Shown: piece by piece, positions 63,462-64,000 of the stretch | Numbering within the stretch: position 1 is the first letter of the stretch | Layout of the letters: every line of letters starts with the position of its first letter | From: Laetmonice hystrix | Lineage: Eukaryota | DNA: 64,000 nt | Direction: 5' to 3' | Assembly: GCA_965235115.1 (NCBI GenBank) | Contig: OZ249436.1 | Span: forward strand, 6,202,001-6,266,000 | Position numbers and translations under genes: made by a program | The notes under the pieces: model-generated | What the model was told of the DNA's origin: nothing | Database searches by the model: none | What the model saw: the letters and a program-made list of their open reading frames with translations, nothing else

Positions 63462-64000
63462 TTGTCAAGTTATACTTGATTGATGCTTAGACTGTCACAG
63501 AGAATCGGGAATCAGAAGCTTGGGTCAAAATACTCTGTGTATTGTGAATTATTCTAGCGATCGATAGCACCTGGGATGATCACGGAGGAATCAGGTTCTA
63601 GGGGTAGAGTGTCTCAGGACACTTTTTACTATCACTAGTCTTGTATCGAGCTAAAAATAGCAAAAAGGGGAACTGATCCTGGAGGCATGGTCCGTTGGAA
63701 GATCTGGCGTCTGGAGAACACACGATAACCCATTGAGAGACAACTGATTTGGAACCTTGCCGCAGATTGAGCCCACTGAGGGGGGAAAGGGTTCTATTTC
63801 TAGATCCCTTTAGAAGAGTTGTGTCCACCTATCGCCGAGTTACACCCTCACCTCTCCAAGTGGACACATACCAAGCGAGCCGAACTCTTCGTACTGTCAG
63901 GTTTTCAACAGCGTCTGTTTCCAGACTACGACCGAACGTGGAGACCGGCGCCTCACAGTTCCTTACATTACTACAGCGTTGCTTATTGCTTTATATATCC

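Overview
This is eukaryotic (metazoan, probably invertebrate) genomic DNA, not prokaryotic. The one well-supported gene is a spliced minus-strand glycoside hydrolase family 18 (GH18) chitinase. Seven phase-compatible exons from 23792 to 16270 encode a complete catalytic domain with an intact [11 protein letters not shown] motif. A probable signal-peptide first exon (54728-54779), preceded by a TATA box and a CRE palindrome, lies about 31 kb upstream; the joined CDS is 1188 nt (395 aa). The gene needs a GC-AG intron. Its stop codon sits in a UAG-CAR-YYA readthrough context, followed by 61 open codons and faint chitin-binding-domain remnants. The long first intron appears to hold heavily decayed same-strand GH18-like (about 37.3-38.5 kb) and Thr-rich linker/CBM14-like (about 33.0-33.8 kb) sequence, which suggests a pared-down multidomain chitinase or a dead paralog; this is by-eye inference only. 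About a quarter of the window consists of roughly 30 mutually unrelated minisatellite arrays (units 23-96 bp, none much over 1 kb). There are also tRNA-derived SINEs and several MITEs (Kolobok-, Harbinger-, Tc1/mariner- and hAT5-like). Nearly all long ORFs in the supplied track are repeat artefacts. No CRISPR array, rRNA or intact tRNA was found. All coordinates and counts were made by hand.
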